Notes: generated by a model not told the origin, from the letters alone. A stretch of DNA of 60,172 nucleotides, filler included, from 7 parts of 7 records of this genome joined end to end with filler, not necessarily neighbours in it, one strand, 5' to 3'. Numbered from the whole stretch's first letter, positions 37,747 to 49,853 are shown. Numbers and translations: made by a program.

Positions 37747-40170
37747 ATGGCCTTTGCAGAGCTGGCGGTGCGCACCAAAACGATAATTCTATTTACTGCA
37801 TTTGCCGGCGTGCTGTTTGCCGTTGGCCTTTTTAGCAATGCGCTCTACCAGGAAAATACCAGCAAGCTAAAACTGACCAAGGACTCCACGGCGCAACGTG
37901 TGAGTTCCGTGCTGCGCGCGCAGGTGCATTTTAAGAAGCAGGTCCAGGAGTGGAAAAATATCCTGCTGCGCGGTCATGAGGCCAAAATGTTTGAGAAATA
38001 CCTTGGGCAGTTTCAGCAGGAAGAGGCGCAAACGCGGATCCTGGTGCAAGAGCTGCAGGGTATGTTGGAAGATCAGCCCCAGGCACAGGCGGTAGCGCAT
38101 GAATTTCTGTCGCAGCACTCCTATCTGGCGTCACGTTACGTGGAGGCGTTAGCAAAATTTGACCCCGCTGCGGCGGCACCACATTTACCGGCCGACGCAC
38201 ATGTACGTGGGATTGACCGGCGGCCGACGGACCTAATGGACGACCTGGTTGCCTTGATCAAAGCCAGGGGGGCTGAGGAATCGGCGATTGTGGAGGCTGA
38301 GTCGGCGGCGCTGGAGAACTACGTGTTTATGGGTGGAATAATTCTGGTCCTGATAGGCGGAGCCTTGTGTTTGTGGGCATTTGATCACTGGATTTCGCGC
38401 CGCATTTACAAAGCCATCAGTATTGCGGACAGTGTGAGCCGCGGTGATTACAGTGCTGAGATACAGGTAACATCCAAAGATGAAATCGGCAGTCTGTTTA
38501 AGGCGCTGCAAACGATGCAGACCAACCTGTCTGAGTCCAAGCGCGTGCTGCTGGATAAGAACTCCGAGCTGCAACAGGCACGTGATGTGGCCCTGAATGC
38601 CGCGCGCGTCAAGTCGGAATTCCTGGCAAATATGAGTCATGAAATCCGCACACCATTGAACGGTGTGATGGGCATGCTCGAATTGGTGCAGGAGTCAAAG
38701 CTCAGCAGCGAGCAGCAGGATTGTGTGACAATTGCGCTTAAGTCGAGCGAGACACTCCTGGAGATTATCAATGAGATTCTGGATTTCTCCAAGATTGAAG
38801 CGGGCCGCATGGAGCTGGAATCCGTGGAGTTTGACCTGCGTTATGTGGTGGAAGATGTGGCGCAGTTGCTGGGCCACCGCGCACAAGATAAGGGCGTAGA
38901 GCTGGCCTGCCTGATTCATAGCGATGTGCCGGAGAGCCTGATTGGCGATCCCGTGCGCATCAAACAGGTTCTGATGAACCTGACCGGCAATGCCGTCAAA
39001 TTCACGCCGCAGGGTGGTGACATTTTCATCGGGGTTTCGCTGCTGCAGGATTGTGGAGATCGTGCCGGTCTGCGTTTTGAGGTGAACGATACGGGGATTG
39101 GCATTGCCGAGCACAATCTGGCGCGTGTGTTTAAGGCGTTCACGCAGGCCGATGGATCAACTACGCGCAAGTTTGGCGGAACGGGCCTGGGCCTGGCGAT
39201 TTCCGGCAAAATTGTTGAGGCGATGGGTGGTGAGATCGGCGTGGACAGTACTCTGGGCGTGGGCAGCACGTTCTGGTTTACAGTAGAACTGGCAGTTGGT
39301 GCAGCGGCAGCCGAGGCGACGCCCCTGGTGGGCGGGCTGGAGGGCATCAGCGCATTAATTGTGGATGACAATAAAACGAACCGGCGGGTGCTGCGCCACT
39401 TTCTGGACAAATGGTCGGTAAACAATGCCGAGGCAACAGATGGGCGCCAGGCCTTGATGATGTTACACGCAGCTGCCAGTGAGCAAAAGCCCTATGACTT
39501 GCTGCTGCTGGACCACATGATGCCGGAAATGGATGGCCTGGAGTTGGCGCAGCAGGTGTTTGCCGGAGATGAATTCGGTGCGCCGCGCATGATCATTATT
39601 ACATCGATTGGCGGCACCGGAATGGAGGCCCGCGCCGGGGACAGCGGCATTCATGGCTACCTGACCAAACCGGTGCGGCAGCAGGCGCTGCTTGATTGCA
39701 TTACCCAGGTGCTGGGGCGCAACAGGGCCGATTTGCAGAAAATTGTGACTGAGCGATCGATTGCGGAGTCGCGCCAGCGGCGTCAGGTGCATGTGCTGGT
39801 TGCCGAGGACAATGTTGTGAACCAGAAAATAGCCGTAAAACTCCTTTCAGCCTTGGGCTGTAAAACGGATGTGGCGGGGAATGGACGCGAGGCGGTCCAG
39901 GCCGTCAGCAAGTATAAATATGATATGGTGTTGATGGACTGTCAGATGCCGGTGCTTGACGGTTATGCTGCTACGGGAGAAATTCGCGCTTTGAGCGCTG
40001 AGCGCCGCGATGTGCCGGTGGTAGCCCTGACAGCCAACGCCATGGCCGGCGACCGCGAAAAGTGCCTGGAGGCGGGGATGGATGACTATCTGGCCAAACC
40101 ACTGCGCAAAGCCAAACTTGCGGCGGCACTTGCGCGCTGGGTGAATGTGGAAGCTCACCTGCCGCTATAA
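37747..40170 (+). CDS. Hybrid sensor histidine kinase (periplasmic sensor-HAMP-HisKA-HATPase-REC-REC)
   Basis: 2 TM, DEIGSL (HAMP), FLANMSHEIRTPLNG, NLTGNAVKFT, GGTGLGL, two receiver domains (LLDHMMP, LMDCQMP). AGGAG RBS. Confidence 0.94.
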   Translation: MAFAELAVRTKTIILFTAFAGVLFAVGLFSNALYQENTSKLKLTKDSTAQRVSSVLRAQVHFKKQVQEWKNILLRGHEAKMFEKYLGQFQQEEAQTRILVQELQGMLEDQPQAQAVAHEFLSQHSYLASRYVEALAKFDPAAAAPHLPADAHVRGIDRRPTDLMDDLVALIKARGAEESAIVEAESAALENYVFMGGIILVLIGGALCLWAFDHWISRRIYKAISIADSVSRGDYSAEIQVTSKDEIGSLFKALQTMQTNLSESKRVLLDKNSELQQARDVALNAARVKSEFLANMSHEIRTPLNGVMGMLELVQESKLSSEQQDCVTIALKSSETLLEIINEILDFSKIEAGRMELESVEFDLRYVVEDVAQLLGHRAQDKGVELACLIHSDVPESLIGDPVRIKQVLMNLTGNAVKFTPQGGDIFIGVSLLQDCGDRAGLRFEVNDTGIGIAEHNLARVFKAFTQADGSTTRKFGGTGLGLAISGKIVEAMGGEIGVDSTLGVGSTFWFTVELAVGAAAAEATPLVGGLEGISALIVDDNKTNRRVLRHFLDKWSVNNAEATDGRQALMMLHAAASEQKPYDLLLLDHMMPEMDGLELAQQVFAGDEFGAPRMIIITSIGGTGMEARAGDSGIHGYLTKPVRQQALLDCITQVLGRNRADLQKIVTERSIAESRQRRQVHVLVAEDNVVNQKIAVKLLSALGCKTDVAGNGREAVQAVSKYKYDMVLMDCQMPVLDGYAATGEIRALSAERRDVPVVALTANAMAGDREKCLEAGMDDYLAKPLRKAKLAAALARWVNVEAHLPL

Positions 40171-40217
40171 AAAAAACGCCTCCATGCCGCTGAACACTAC
40201 AGCAAAACATGGAGGCG
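40169..40217 (-). terminator. Terminator between convergent genes
   Basis: CGCCTCCATG..CATGGAGGCG stem followed by a T-run on the minus strand. Confidence 0.6.
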
Positions 40218-40245
40218 CAAGTATTTTAAGCGCAAGACTTCAGGA

Positions 40246-41775
<1,530 letters not shown>

Positions 41776-42143
41776 AGAGCCAATTGTGAAGCGTGGATGG
41801 AATGACCGGCATACAAGCCGGGAATGCCTTGGCCGAATTTAGTACAAAATTTGCAAGGTGGAGCCGGGCGATTTCTCCACGAAGTCTGCCGAGGCCAATG
41901 GCGGCATGCATTTTGGCGATTAAAAAGCCGAAAATTTTGTAGTTTCTCGGTCCGTGCAACACAAAATATTGGTTTGTTGGAACGGTATGACGTTCGGGGC
42001 AACACAACAAACCACAAGCAGGCCAACCACCTCACTCCATGTATTTAACCGGTTGGCAACCGTCGCAGACCTTCAGGTGCGGCGCTCAGAAAATTACTAC
42101 GTACAAAACACATCTGTTATAAAGCCAGATTATGGAGATATTA

Positions 42144-45100
42144 ATGCAACAGAGTTACCACCGTGCAGGCAAGGCAGCCAGTAGCCTGCTTACCTGTGTA
42201 ATTTTTGCCGCGCTTTCCTGCGGCGTCTTATATGCCGAAGGCCCGGAATTCAGGCCTGGATCGGTGATTGTACAGACATTGACGTTTGATGACATCGACA
42301 AGCGTACCGGTACCTTTGAGTTTCCCTCAGGAGACCAAACCTGGGAACGCGTGCTGATGCACTATACGCTGAAGTGTGACGAACGCACGACGCAGGACCG
42401 CTTCCCTTGCGGAGAGTGGGATTACATTACCAATACCGAAATTATCGACTCCAGCGGTGTGCTGGATTCAACGGAATTTAGCCAGGCGAACTTCACGGTT
42501 GACCGCGGTACGCGAGACGTATTTGCTTACACAACTACGCCATCCTTCCTGACGCGCCACATTCCGTATACGCGAGTAGAAGGCAGCCACGACGGTGCCT
42601 TTCCAGCCAGGCCAGACCACCAGACAGAAGATTTGGTGACCTTGGCAGGCGAAGGCAAAACCACGCGCAACATCTATCAATTCACAAAAGATGAGCTGAC
42701 GGCTATGGGCCTGCAGGCCGGACCGATAACGGCACTGCGCCTGAACGTTCTATCGCAGACTTCAACGATCCATGTACGCGTGCGCATGCGTGCGGCCACT
42801 GGTGTCCCCGCACTTGGTGGTTTGGAAGATGGCTGGCAACTGGCCTACGATAGTCCGCTGGAGCTTGGCAACGGTGCGCCGAATGAGCTTCTGTTGATTG
42901 CGCCATTTACCTGGGATGGCGAGAGCGCGATCCACATGGAAATCAGTAGCGAAGATTTTGAAAACTCCAACCCCGTGATTTTGGGTGGGCTGGCAGGCGG
43001 AGACATCCTTTCCCTGCGTGCAGATCCTTCCAAACACGTGTGGTTCCGCGGCGACGACTGGCTGGAAGTTCCTGCTGCGGCAGTGGCAAACCTTAGCGAA
43101 GGTGTGACCGTCATGTTCTGGCAGTATGGCGACCCCGCAAACCAGCCACAGAACAACTATACCTTTGAAGGCCGCGATGCTGCCGGAAACCGCGTACTGA
43201 ACGTACACCTTCCCTGGAATAATGGCCAGGTGTACTGGGATGCCGGTAATGCCGGAACAGGCAATTATGACCGCATCCAGAAACAGGCTACCGACGCTGA
43301 TTTTGAAGGTCAGTGGAATCACTGGGCATTCACCAAGGACCTCGGCAGCGGACAGATGCAGATTTTTCTGAACGGTGAGCTCTGGCACAGCGGTGGCCAG
43401 ATGACGCGAGGTTTCTCGGAAATTACTGAATTCCGCATTGGTGGCGCTGTAAACGGCGGCGGCAATTACGACGGTGGAATCGATGAGTTTGCGGTATTTG
43501 ACGCAGCCCTCACGGCGCCTGCCGTGCGCACGATGATGCATCTGCGCGCAAATACGCCGGGCGAGTTTGAAGATAATCTGCGCGTCTATTACCAGTTCAA
43601 CGAAGGTAATGGAATGGGCGACGCTTCCGGCAATGGTTATGATGCGCAGCCATTTGGCTGGCCGCAGCTGCTGGCGCCAAGAGCGCAGGACGTTCGCTGG
43701 GGAATGTATCAGGGCGCACGCCGTCCAATCGTTCAGTTTGCTCAGGGCACCGCGAATGTGACGACGGCGCAAGACATTCGCATTGTTCGCGAAGCAAACG
43801 ACCGTGTTACACTGCGTCGTTTTGCCAATCCATATGGCCCAACACAAGTGCCGTTGGATGCACCAGATTATCCGAACATCCCGGTAAGCACAGAATTTGT
43901 CTTCCCGGCTGATGTCTTTACCTACACCTATGACGCCGACGGCAACATCATCGATTCAGTTTCGGTGAGCGCTGAAGAAGAATTGACCCGCGAAAATTTG
44001 CTGTATTACAGCCCAATCGTACGCTACGAAATTGGCCGTTATATCACGCCATACGGCATCGGACTGGATCTGGGCCCCGAAGGTGTGACATGGGTATATG
44101 ATGTGACTGATTTTGCACCGCTGCTGCGCGACTACGTGTGGCTGCGTGCGCACAACCGCCAGGAATTGATCGACCTCAAATTTGAGTTCATTCCCGGAAT
44201 ACCTGCTCGTGACGTGGTTTCGATCAATAATTTGCATGATTCCCGCCCTTCCTACCAGGCGCTTGCCGACGACGAAGTGATGCAGGCCAAAACACTTGTG
44301 CCGCGTGAAGATGCTGAGATGTGGAAACTGCGCACAGTTATCAGCGGCCACGGTTTTGGTGGTCCAACCAACTGTGCTGAATTCTGCCAGCGCGACTTCA
44401 ACTATATGGTTGATGGCGAAATGGCATTCGAATGGCTCGTGTGGAAAGAGTGCGGTGCCGCACCGATCCATCCGCAGGGTGGAACCTGGCTGATTGACCG
44501 CGCAGGTTGGTGCCCAGGAGAGATTGTTGATATGGCTGAGCACGACCTGACGCCATACATGCTCTCCGGCGAACCAATTTCGCTCGACTTTGGTGTGGAG
44601 CACTACTCTCCAAACGCTGCAGAAGGCAACTGGGACGTAAGTTCTCAGCTTGTCAGCTATAGCGCACCTAACCGCCAGGTGGATGCAGCGCTTGAGCAAA
44701 TCATTGCACCGAGTGACTGGGAGCTGAACAGCCGTTTTAATCCAGTCTGTGGCCAGCCGATTATCCGCATCATGAACTCCGGTGCGGAAACCCTGACCTC
44801 GGTAGACATTGAGTACGGTGTCCGCGGTGGCAACAAGGCGACTTACACATGGAATGGCTCACTTGAATTTATGGCGACTGAAGACGTCAGCCTGCCGCTC
44901 TATGACTGGGGCACCTGGGATGGCGAAAACATCTTTGAAGTCAGCCTGAGCAACCCGAACGGCACTGCCGATGAGTATACCAGTAACGACAGCCACTTCA
45001 GCCGCTTTGAGACGGTTCCCGTCTTTGCACCGGAGTTTGAAATCAATCTGCGCACAAACAACAATGCCGCACAGCAGTACGAATGGTCGCTGCGTAAATC

Positions 45101-45983
45101 CGATGGTGAGCTGATTCGCGATGCCCGCAACCTGGCGAGCAATCAACTCTATGTTGAAGAATTTGTGCTCGAAGAAGGTTGCTACGAATTTGAGCTGATC
45201 AACCGCGAAGGTTATGGTCTGGACTTCTGGTTCCTGCGTGAGCAGTTGGGAACTGGTGGCCTGCAATTTACCAGCCTTGGAACAACCATTCAGAGCTTTG
45301 AGCCTGACTTTGGTAATTTCACGCGTCTGCAATTTGAAATTGGTGAGCTGCGCGGTATCAGTGTTGACCGCGACACACTCGATTTCGGTAAAGCCGCTGC
45401 CGGTGAACGTCCGGAAATGACGGTAGAAGTAAGCCCGGCCAACGACCAGGGATTGACCGTTTCTTCTGTTGGTATTACTTCACTTGGCCGCCGCTTTGAA
45501 GTCGTATCGGTTTCACCATCGCTGGATAACGGTGATGTGGAACTCGCCTTTGGCGAGACGATGACGATCACGGTTGCATTCGTACCTTCGAATGATTCGC
45601 CTGTGGCTGCCGACCTGCGGATTGGATCCGACGATGTGCGTTTCCCAACCAAGCGCGTGCGTTTGCTTGGAAATCAGGTGCCAACTTCGGTTGGTGATCC
45701 AACGCGTGACACGCCGGTCCTGGCTGAGCTGCGTGTCGATCCAAATCCGGCACAATCTGCTGCTACAGTTGGATTTACGCTTGACAGTCCGGTTGCCGTA
45801 GCCACGCGCATCAGCATTGTAAATGCGATGGGCGTTGAGGTAATGGTCCTGGACGATGGCCTGCGTAGTTTTGGTGAGCACTCGCTGCCGCTCAACACTG
45901 AAGGATTAGCCAATGGCGCCTACTTTGTAGTGCTGCGCGCCGGTGCTTCAACCTTTACCAACGCATTGGTGATTGCGCGCTAA
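42144..45983 (+). CDS. Secreted PNGase F-like protein with LamG insert, Ig-like domains and T9SS-type CTD
   Basis: CGEWDY, YEIGRYITPY..DVTDFAPLL, ISGHG..CAEFC, QGGTWLIDRAGWCPG. LamG (WNHWAF..IFLNG..G.IDEF..F). CTD (VDPNPA..LANGAYFVVL). Alternative start 42132. Confidence 0.87.
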   Translation: MQQSYHRAGKAASSLLTCVIFAALSCGVLYAEGPEFRPGSVIVQTLTFDDIDKRTGTFEFPSGDQTWERVLMHYTLKCDERTTQDRFPCGEWDYITNTEIIDSSGVLDSTEFSQANFTVDRGTRDVFAYTTTPSFLTRHIPYTRVEGSHDGAFPARPDHQTEDLVTLAGEGKTTRNIYQFTKDELTAMGLQAGPITALRLNVLSQTSTIHVRVRMRAATGVPALGGLEDGWQLAYDSPLELGNGAPNELLLIAPFTWDGESAIHMEISSEDFENSNPVILGGLAGGDILSLRADPSKHVWFRGDDWLEVPAAAVANLSEGVTVMFWQYGDPANQPQNNYTFEGRDAAGNRVLNVHLPWNNGQVYWDAGNAGTGNYDRIQKQATDADFEGQWNHWAFTKDLGSGQMQIFLNGELWHSGGQMTRGFSEITEFRIGGAVNGGGNYDGGIDEFAVFDAALTAPAVRTMMHLRANTPGEFEDNLRVYYQFNEGNGMGDASGNGYDAQPFGWPQLLAPRAQDVRWGMYQGARRPIVQFAQGTANVTTAQDIRIVREANDRVTLRRFANPYGPTQVPLDAPDYPNIPVSTEFVFPADVFTYTYDADGNIIDSVSVSAEEELTRENLLYYSPIVRYEIGRYITPYGIGLDLGPEGVTWVYDVTDFAPLLRDYVWLRAHNRQELIDLKFEFIPGIPARDVVSINNLHDSRPSYQALADDEVMQAKTLVPREDAEMWKLRTVISGHGFGGPTNCAEFCQRDFNYMVDGEMAFEWLVWKECGAAPIHPQGGTWLIDRAGWCPGEIVDMAEHDLTPYMLSGEPISLDFGVEHYSPNAAEGNWDVSSQLVSYSAPNRQVDAALEQIIAPSDWELNSRFNPVCGQPIIRIMNSGAETLTSVDIEYGVRGGNKATYTWNGSLEFMATEDVSLPLYDWGTWDGENIFEVSLSNPNGTADEYTSNDSHFSRFETVPVFAPEFEINLRTNNNAAQQYEWSLRKSDGELIRDARNLASNQLYVEEFVLEEGCYEFELINREGYGLDFWFLREQLGTGGLQFTSLGTTIQSFEPDFGNFTRLQFEIGELRGISVDRDTLDFGKAAAGERPEMTVEVSPANDQGLTVSSVGITSLGRRFEVVSVSPSLDNGDVELAFGETMTITVAFVPSNDSPVAADLRIGSDDVRFPTKRVRLLGNQVPTSVGDPTRDTPVLAELRVDPNPAQSAATVGFTLDSPVAVATRISIVNAMGVEVMVLDDGLRSFGEHSLPLNTEGLANGAYFVVLRAGASTFTNALVIAR

Positions 45984-46018
45984 TCAGGCCGCAATAACAT
46001 AAGCTGACTGACTAATCT

Positions 46019-46063
46019 AAGCCGTCTTCTCGAATGGGTTTGCCCAGGGGAAGGCGGCTTTTT
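46019..46063 (+). terminator. Intrinsic terminator
   Basis: AAGCCGTCTTC..GAAGGCGGCTTTTT. Confidence 0.6.
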
Positions 46064-46088
46064 GTTGAACAGCATATTTGGGTGCGTT

Positions 46089-47075
46089 TTACTGTTTGGC
46101 CGTCCAAAACCTGACGCCGGCGTCGTCACCTGCGGATACGAGCATATTGGATGTTGTGGCGAGGGCGTTGACAGAGCGGGCATGCGCCTTAAAAGCATGA
46201 TAAGCATGATTTTTTTGTTTTGCACCGGGTGAGAGGCAGTCCAGCAGTAGAATGAGCTTATCACGTGTTGCTGCCGCCAGCCACTGTACGCCGTCGAGTG
46301 ATATTATCTGCAGCGCGTTGATGGCCGCTGCATGCTGATACAGCACTTGAATCGCGCCGCTCTGCCCGCAGAGGCTGACAATCCGGCCGTCTTTGCCGGC
46401 TGTCAGGATGTTGCCGGATGCTGTGTGAAGCGCGTCAAAGTAAATCTGTTGGTCGCTTGTTTGTTTTGGTGTTGCGGTCCAGACGCGTCGCCGTTGCTCC
46501 AGGTCAATAATGCAGATCAGCCCACTGTTGCCGCATACGAGCAGCTCGGTGCCGCCATTAATTAAGCGAATACGCCGAACCGCCGTGCCAAATGTCGGCT
46601 GCACCTGCGCAATTTGGACTATCTGCAAACCGTCCAGATCCACAAATGCGAGCGTTCCGTCGGCCGAAGCACTGATGATTTGTTGGCGCGCAACATCAAA
46701 ACAGAGCGATAGAATCGCCGCGTTTCCGTGCCGCGTAGAAGCGACGATTTTTGCTCTTGGAGCAAGCCGGCCCGCACTGTTGCGTGTGGGTTCGGCCCGC
46801 AAATCCAGCAGCGTCAGGCGGCCCCCGGCGCCGCCGGCCAGCAAAAAATCTCCCTTGTGGTCCAGCGCCAGTGCGAAGGTCGTTGCATCCAGCGAAGCCA
46901 GTTCCAGAGCGGGCTGGTCGGAAAACGCGCAGCGAATAATTCGGCTGCTACCCGCGCAATATACCCTGTTGGCTTGTGCCGCTAAAGCATAGATCGGTCC
47001 ATCGTCAAACTGTGTGTGGTGCAGTAAGTGCAATTCCCCTGGCGGCTGGGACGGAGGTTGATGCGTGGGTGACAT
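46089..47075 (-). CDS. WD40-repeat beta-propeller protein
   Basis: IISASADGTL, ILTAGKDGRI, AHARSVNAL..LVSAGDDAGVRFW. Confidence 0.82.
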   Translation of the reverse strand: MSPTHQPPSQPPGELHLLHHTQFDDGPIYALAAQANRVYCAGSSRIIRCAFSDQPALELASLDATTFALALDHKGDFLLAGGAGGRLTLLDLRAEPTRNSAGRLAPRAKIVASTRHGNAAILSLCFDVARQQIISASADGTLAFVDLDGLQIVQIAQVQPTFGTAVRRIRLINGGTELLVCGNSGLICIIDLEQRRRVWTATPKQTSDQQIYFDALHTASGNILTAGKDGRIVSLCGQSGAIQVLYQHAAAINALQIISLDGVQWLAAATRDKLILLLDCLSPGAKQKNHAYHAFKAHARSVNALATTSNMLVSAGDDAGVRFWTAKQ

Positions 47076-47162
47076 AAGCGCCGCATTCTTCAAAAAAAGT
47101 GTGAGTAAAATCTGACACCTGGAATTCCAGTTGGCTTTTGATCCGGGTGCAAGGCAAAACTA

Positions 47163-48290
47163 ATGAATCAATCGGAACGCGAGCGCTACTCACGCCAGAC
47201 GGTTTTAGCGGAAGTAGGCGAAGAAGGACAGGCGCAGCTCAAAAATACGCGTGTTTTACTCGTTGGTGTCGGCGGCCTGGGCTGTGCATCGGCGCAGTAT
47301 CTGGCAGCGGCCGGGATCGGCACAATTGGCCTGGCAGACGATGACATAGTGGAGCGTCACAACCTGGCGCGGCAGGTGCTGTATGCCGAGGCCGATCTGG
47401 GAAGCGCCAAGGTCGATTGTGCGGCGCGGCACCTGCGCACGCTAAATCCAGAGATAGAAGTCAAGGCTCTGAATCTGCGCGTACATGCGGGCAATGCCGA
47501 AGCACTGCTGCGCGACTATGATGTCGTCGTGGATGGAAGTGACAATATGGCGACGCGTTATGTTCTGAACGACGCCTGCTTTTTTGTTGGACGGCCGCTC
47601 GTCTTCGGCGGCATCCACCGCTTTGAAGGCCAGGTTGCGATATTTGATAGCCCGGACACGGCCTGCTACAGGTGTTTGTATCCCAATCCTCCAGCAGATG
47701 AGTTGCTGCCGGACTGCGCTGAGGCGGGTGTTCTGGGAGTTTTGCCGGGAATGGTGGGAGTGCTCCAGGCGGCGGAATTAATCAAATTACGCCTGGGGCT
47801 GGCGACGCCATCACTGGGTTCGATGCTGCATCTGGACATGCTGGCGGCGAGCCTGTACAATATGCGTATTCCACGTGCGCACGACTGCCGTTTGTGCAGC
47901 CCAAATGCTACGATCACGAGCATGCAGCCTGCAGGCGTGCAGGCCCCCGGTGGCAGCTTTGACTCGCTGTCTGCTGCGGATTTGCATGCAGAGTTAAAGT
48001 CCGGAACATTACAGCTTGTAGATGTGCGCGGAGCGGATGAGTTTGTTTCCGGCCATATTCCCGGCGCAATACATCGACCGGCCCAGAGCTTTGTAGAGGG
48101 CGCGGCGGACGTATCCGAGCAGCAAGGAATTGTGCTGTATTGTTCAGAGACGCGCCGCGCGGCGGCGGCGCTGGTTCAACTGGCTAGCCTGGGTTACACT
48201 GATGTTCGGGTTCTGCAGGGTGGTTTTAATGCCTGGCTGCGCGCCGGTTTTGAGACCGCAGATACAGCGCCGAATCCGGCACAAGATTGA
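47163..48290 (+). CDS. moeB: MoeB/ThiF adenylyltransferase with C-terminal rhodanese (MoeZ-like)
   Basis: RYSRQ, GVGGLG, NLARQ, CYRC and CRLC Zn motifs, DVR..EF..GHIPGA, LYC. Confidence 0.9.
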   Translation: MNQSERERYSRQTVLAEVGEEGQAQLKNTRVLLVGVGGLGCASAQYLAAAGIGTIGLADDDIVERHNLARQVLYAEADLGSAKVDCAARHLRTLNPEIEVKALNLRVHAGNAEALLRDYDVVVDGSDNMATRYVLNDACFFVGRPLVFGGIHRFEGQVAIFDSPDTACYRCLYPNPPADELLPDCAEAGVLGVLPGMVGVLQAAELIKLRLGLATPSLGSMLHLDMLAASLYNMRIPRAHDCRLCSPNATITSMQPAGVQAPGGSFDSLSAADLHAELKSGTLQLVDVRGADEFVSGHIPGAIHRPAQSFVEGAADVSEQQGIVLYCSETRRAAAALVQLASLGYTDVRVLQGGFNAWLRAGFETADTAPNPAQD

Positions 48291-48348
48291 GCGTGCGACG
48301 CGTGTTTTGGCGGCTTTCAAAAAAAATCTGCAAAAATTGCACGAAAGG

Positions 48349-48381
48349 TTTGGATTTGTACTTTCCTAGCCCTTATATTTG
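48349..48381 (+). promoter_or_regulatory. Bacteroidota-type promoter (-33 TTTG / -7 TAnnTTTG) for the tRNA
   Basis: TTTG 48349-52, 21-nt spacer, TATATTTG 48374-81, 15 nt before the tRNA. Confidence 0.55.
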
Positions 48382-48396
48382 CCATTCTCTAGTGAT

Positions 48397-48470
48397 TCCG
48401 GAGTAGCTCAGCTGGTTAGAGCAACTGACTGTTAATCAGTGGGTCGGGGGTTCGAGTCCCTCCTCCGGAG
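48397..48470 (+). tRNA. trnN: tRNA-Asn (GTT)
   Basis: Acceptor TCCGGAG/CTCCGGA, D-arm GCTC..GAGC, anticodon arm ACTGA-CTGTTAA-TCAGT, GGTTCGAG T-loop. CCA not encoded. Confidence 0.96.
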
Positions 48471-48475
48471 CAATG

Positions 48476-48500
48476 AAAGCCCGCATTTATGCGGGCTTTT
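48476..48500 (+). terminator. tRNA terminator
   Basis: AAAGCCCGCAT-tt-ATGCGGGCTTTT. Confidence 0.8.
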
Positions 48501-48954
48501 GTGTTTTAAAGCATTGAGGTTTGCGGCTAGATTGCGCCGGTTTTGGTGCAATTCAGGTGCAATTCAGGTGTAGTCTTTTTCCGCTCTGGATTTGTCTTAA
48601 CAGCTGCGCGGTCGACGGCGTCCACCGTTCGAAGGTTTCTCGGCAGGTTGTACAGCTCGAATAGGGCGTTCACCTAGCGCAATGGATGCCGCGGAGCGCT
48701 GATCACATCCGCATATCAGGCATTGTGTACCGCACACGGGTTTTGCGGATTAGGCGCTTGCAATGGCGGGGCGAACTCTTAACGCGCACTTTGGACATGA
48801 CACGCAGCAGCCTCTAACTGTAACACTAAGTCGACAAGTCTGCGAATTTTTTGGACAAGCTTCCAGTCTGTAGTCTAGGAGAATTGCGCTAGTTTCGAGG
48901 CCCAAATTTTGAAAAATTTGGGTCGGATTTTGGACCCGAAACCGGGTCCCCCAC

Positions 48955-49054
48955 NNNNNNNNNNNNNNNNNNNNNNNNNNNNNNNNNNNNNNNNNNNNTT
49001 AATTAATTAANNNNNNNNNNNNNNNNNNNNNNNNNNNNNNNNNNNNNNNNNNNN
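48955..49054. other. Artificial contig spacer
   Basis: N-run with TTAATTAATTAA. Confidence 0.98.
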
Positions 49055-49801
49055 GATCTTGAAGAAGATCTGGAACGGATTGGCGCCGTCGACGATCGCC
49101 GCCTCCACCGTCTCCTCGGGGATGCCGCGCAGGGCGGCCGAGAGGATCACCATGGCAAAGCCGGTCTGGATCCAGATCAGCACGATCATCAGGAAGAAGT
49201 TGTTCCAGAAGGGGATGGTCAGCCATTGCACCGGCCCCTCGCCCGACAGCCAGACATACAGCGCGTTCAGCACGCCGATCTGCTCGGCCCCCTCGGGGCG
49301 GGCATCGTAGACCAGTTTCCAGATCACCGCCGCGCCCACGAAAGAGATCGCCATGGGCATGAAGATCAGCGACTTGGCGATGTTGCCCCAGCGGATGCGG
49401 TCGGTCAGCTGCGCCGCAAGCAGGCCGAAGGCGGTCGAGGCGGCGGGCACCACGATCAGCCAGAGCATGTTGTTGCGCATCGCCTCCCAGAACTTGGGCT
49501 CGGCCATCATGCGGCTGTAGTTGTCGAAGCCCACGAAGGCGCCGCCCTGCGCACGGCTGGTGAAGGACAGCCGCAGCGTCTCTATGACCGGATAGGCAAG
49601 GTAGAGCGTCAGCGCAAAGAGCGCCGGGAACAGGAAGAGCCACGGCCGGATCATGTTGGCGCGGTTGATGTTGCGCCCGGCGTTCGGCCCCCTTGCGGGG
49701 AACAGCACGCGGTCCAGCAGCATGTTCGAAAAGTAGAAATAGGCGAGGCAGGCGCCGACGCCGATCACGATGGTCAACAGTCCCAGCACCGCCGGATGCA
49801 T
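49055..49801 (-). CDS. aglF: Alpha-glucoside ABC transporter permease (3' truncated)
   Basis: IRPWLFLFPA, KSLIFMPMAISFVGA, EAA motif (ETVEAAIVDGA). Confidence 0.87.
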
Positions 49802-49853
49802 GGCCTTCCCCCCAATGAAACGGTGCGGGGGCCACGACGGCCCCCGCCCGCGC

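Noticed and set aside
48600-48780. Integrase pseudogene after the tRNA
   Set aside because: Only a weak YADV-like fragment among stop codons, which is not enough to call.
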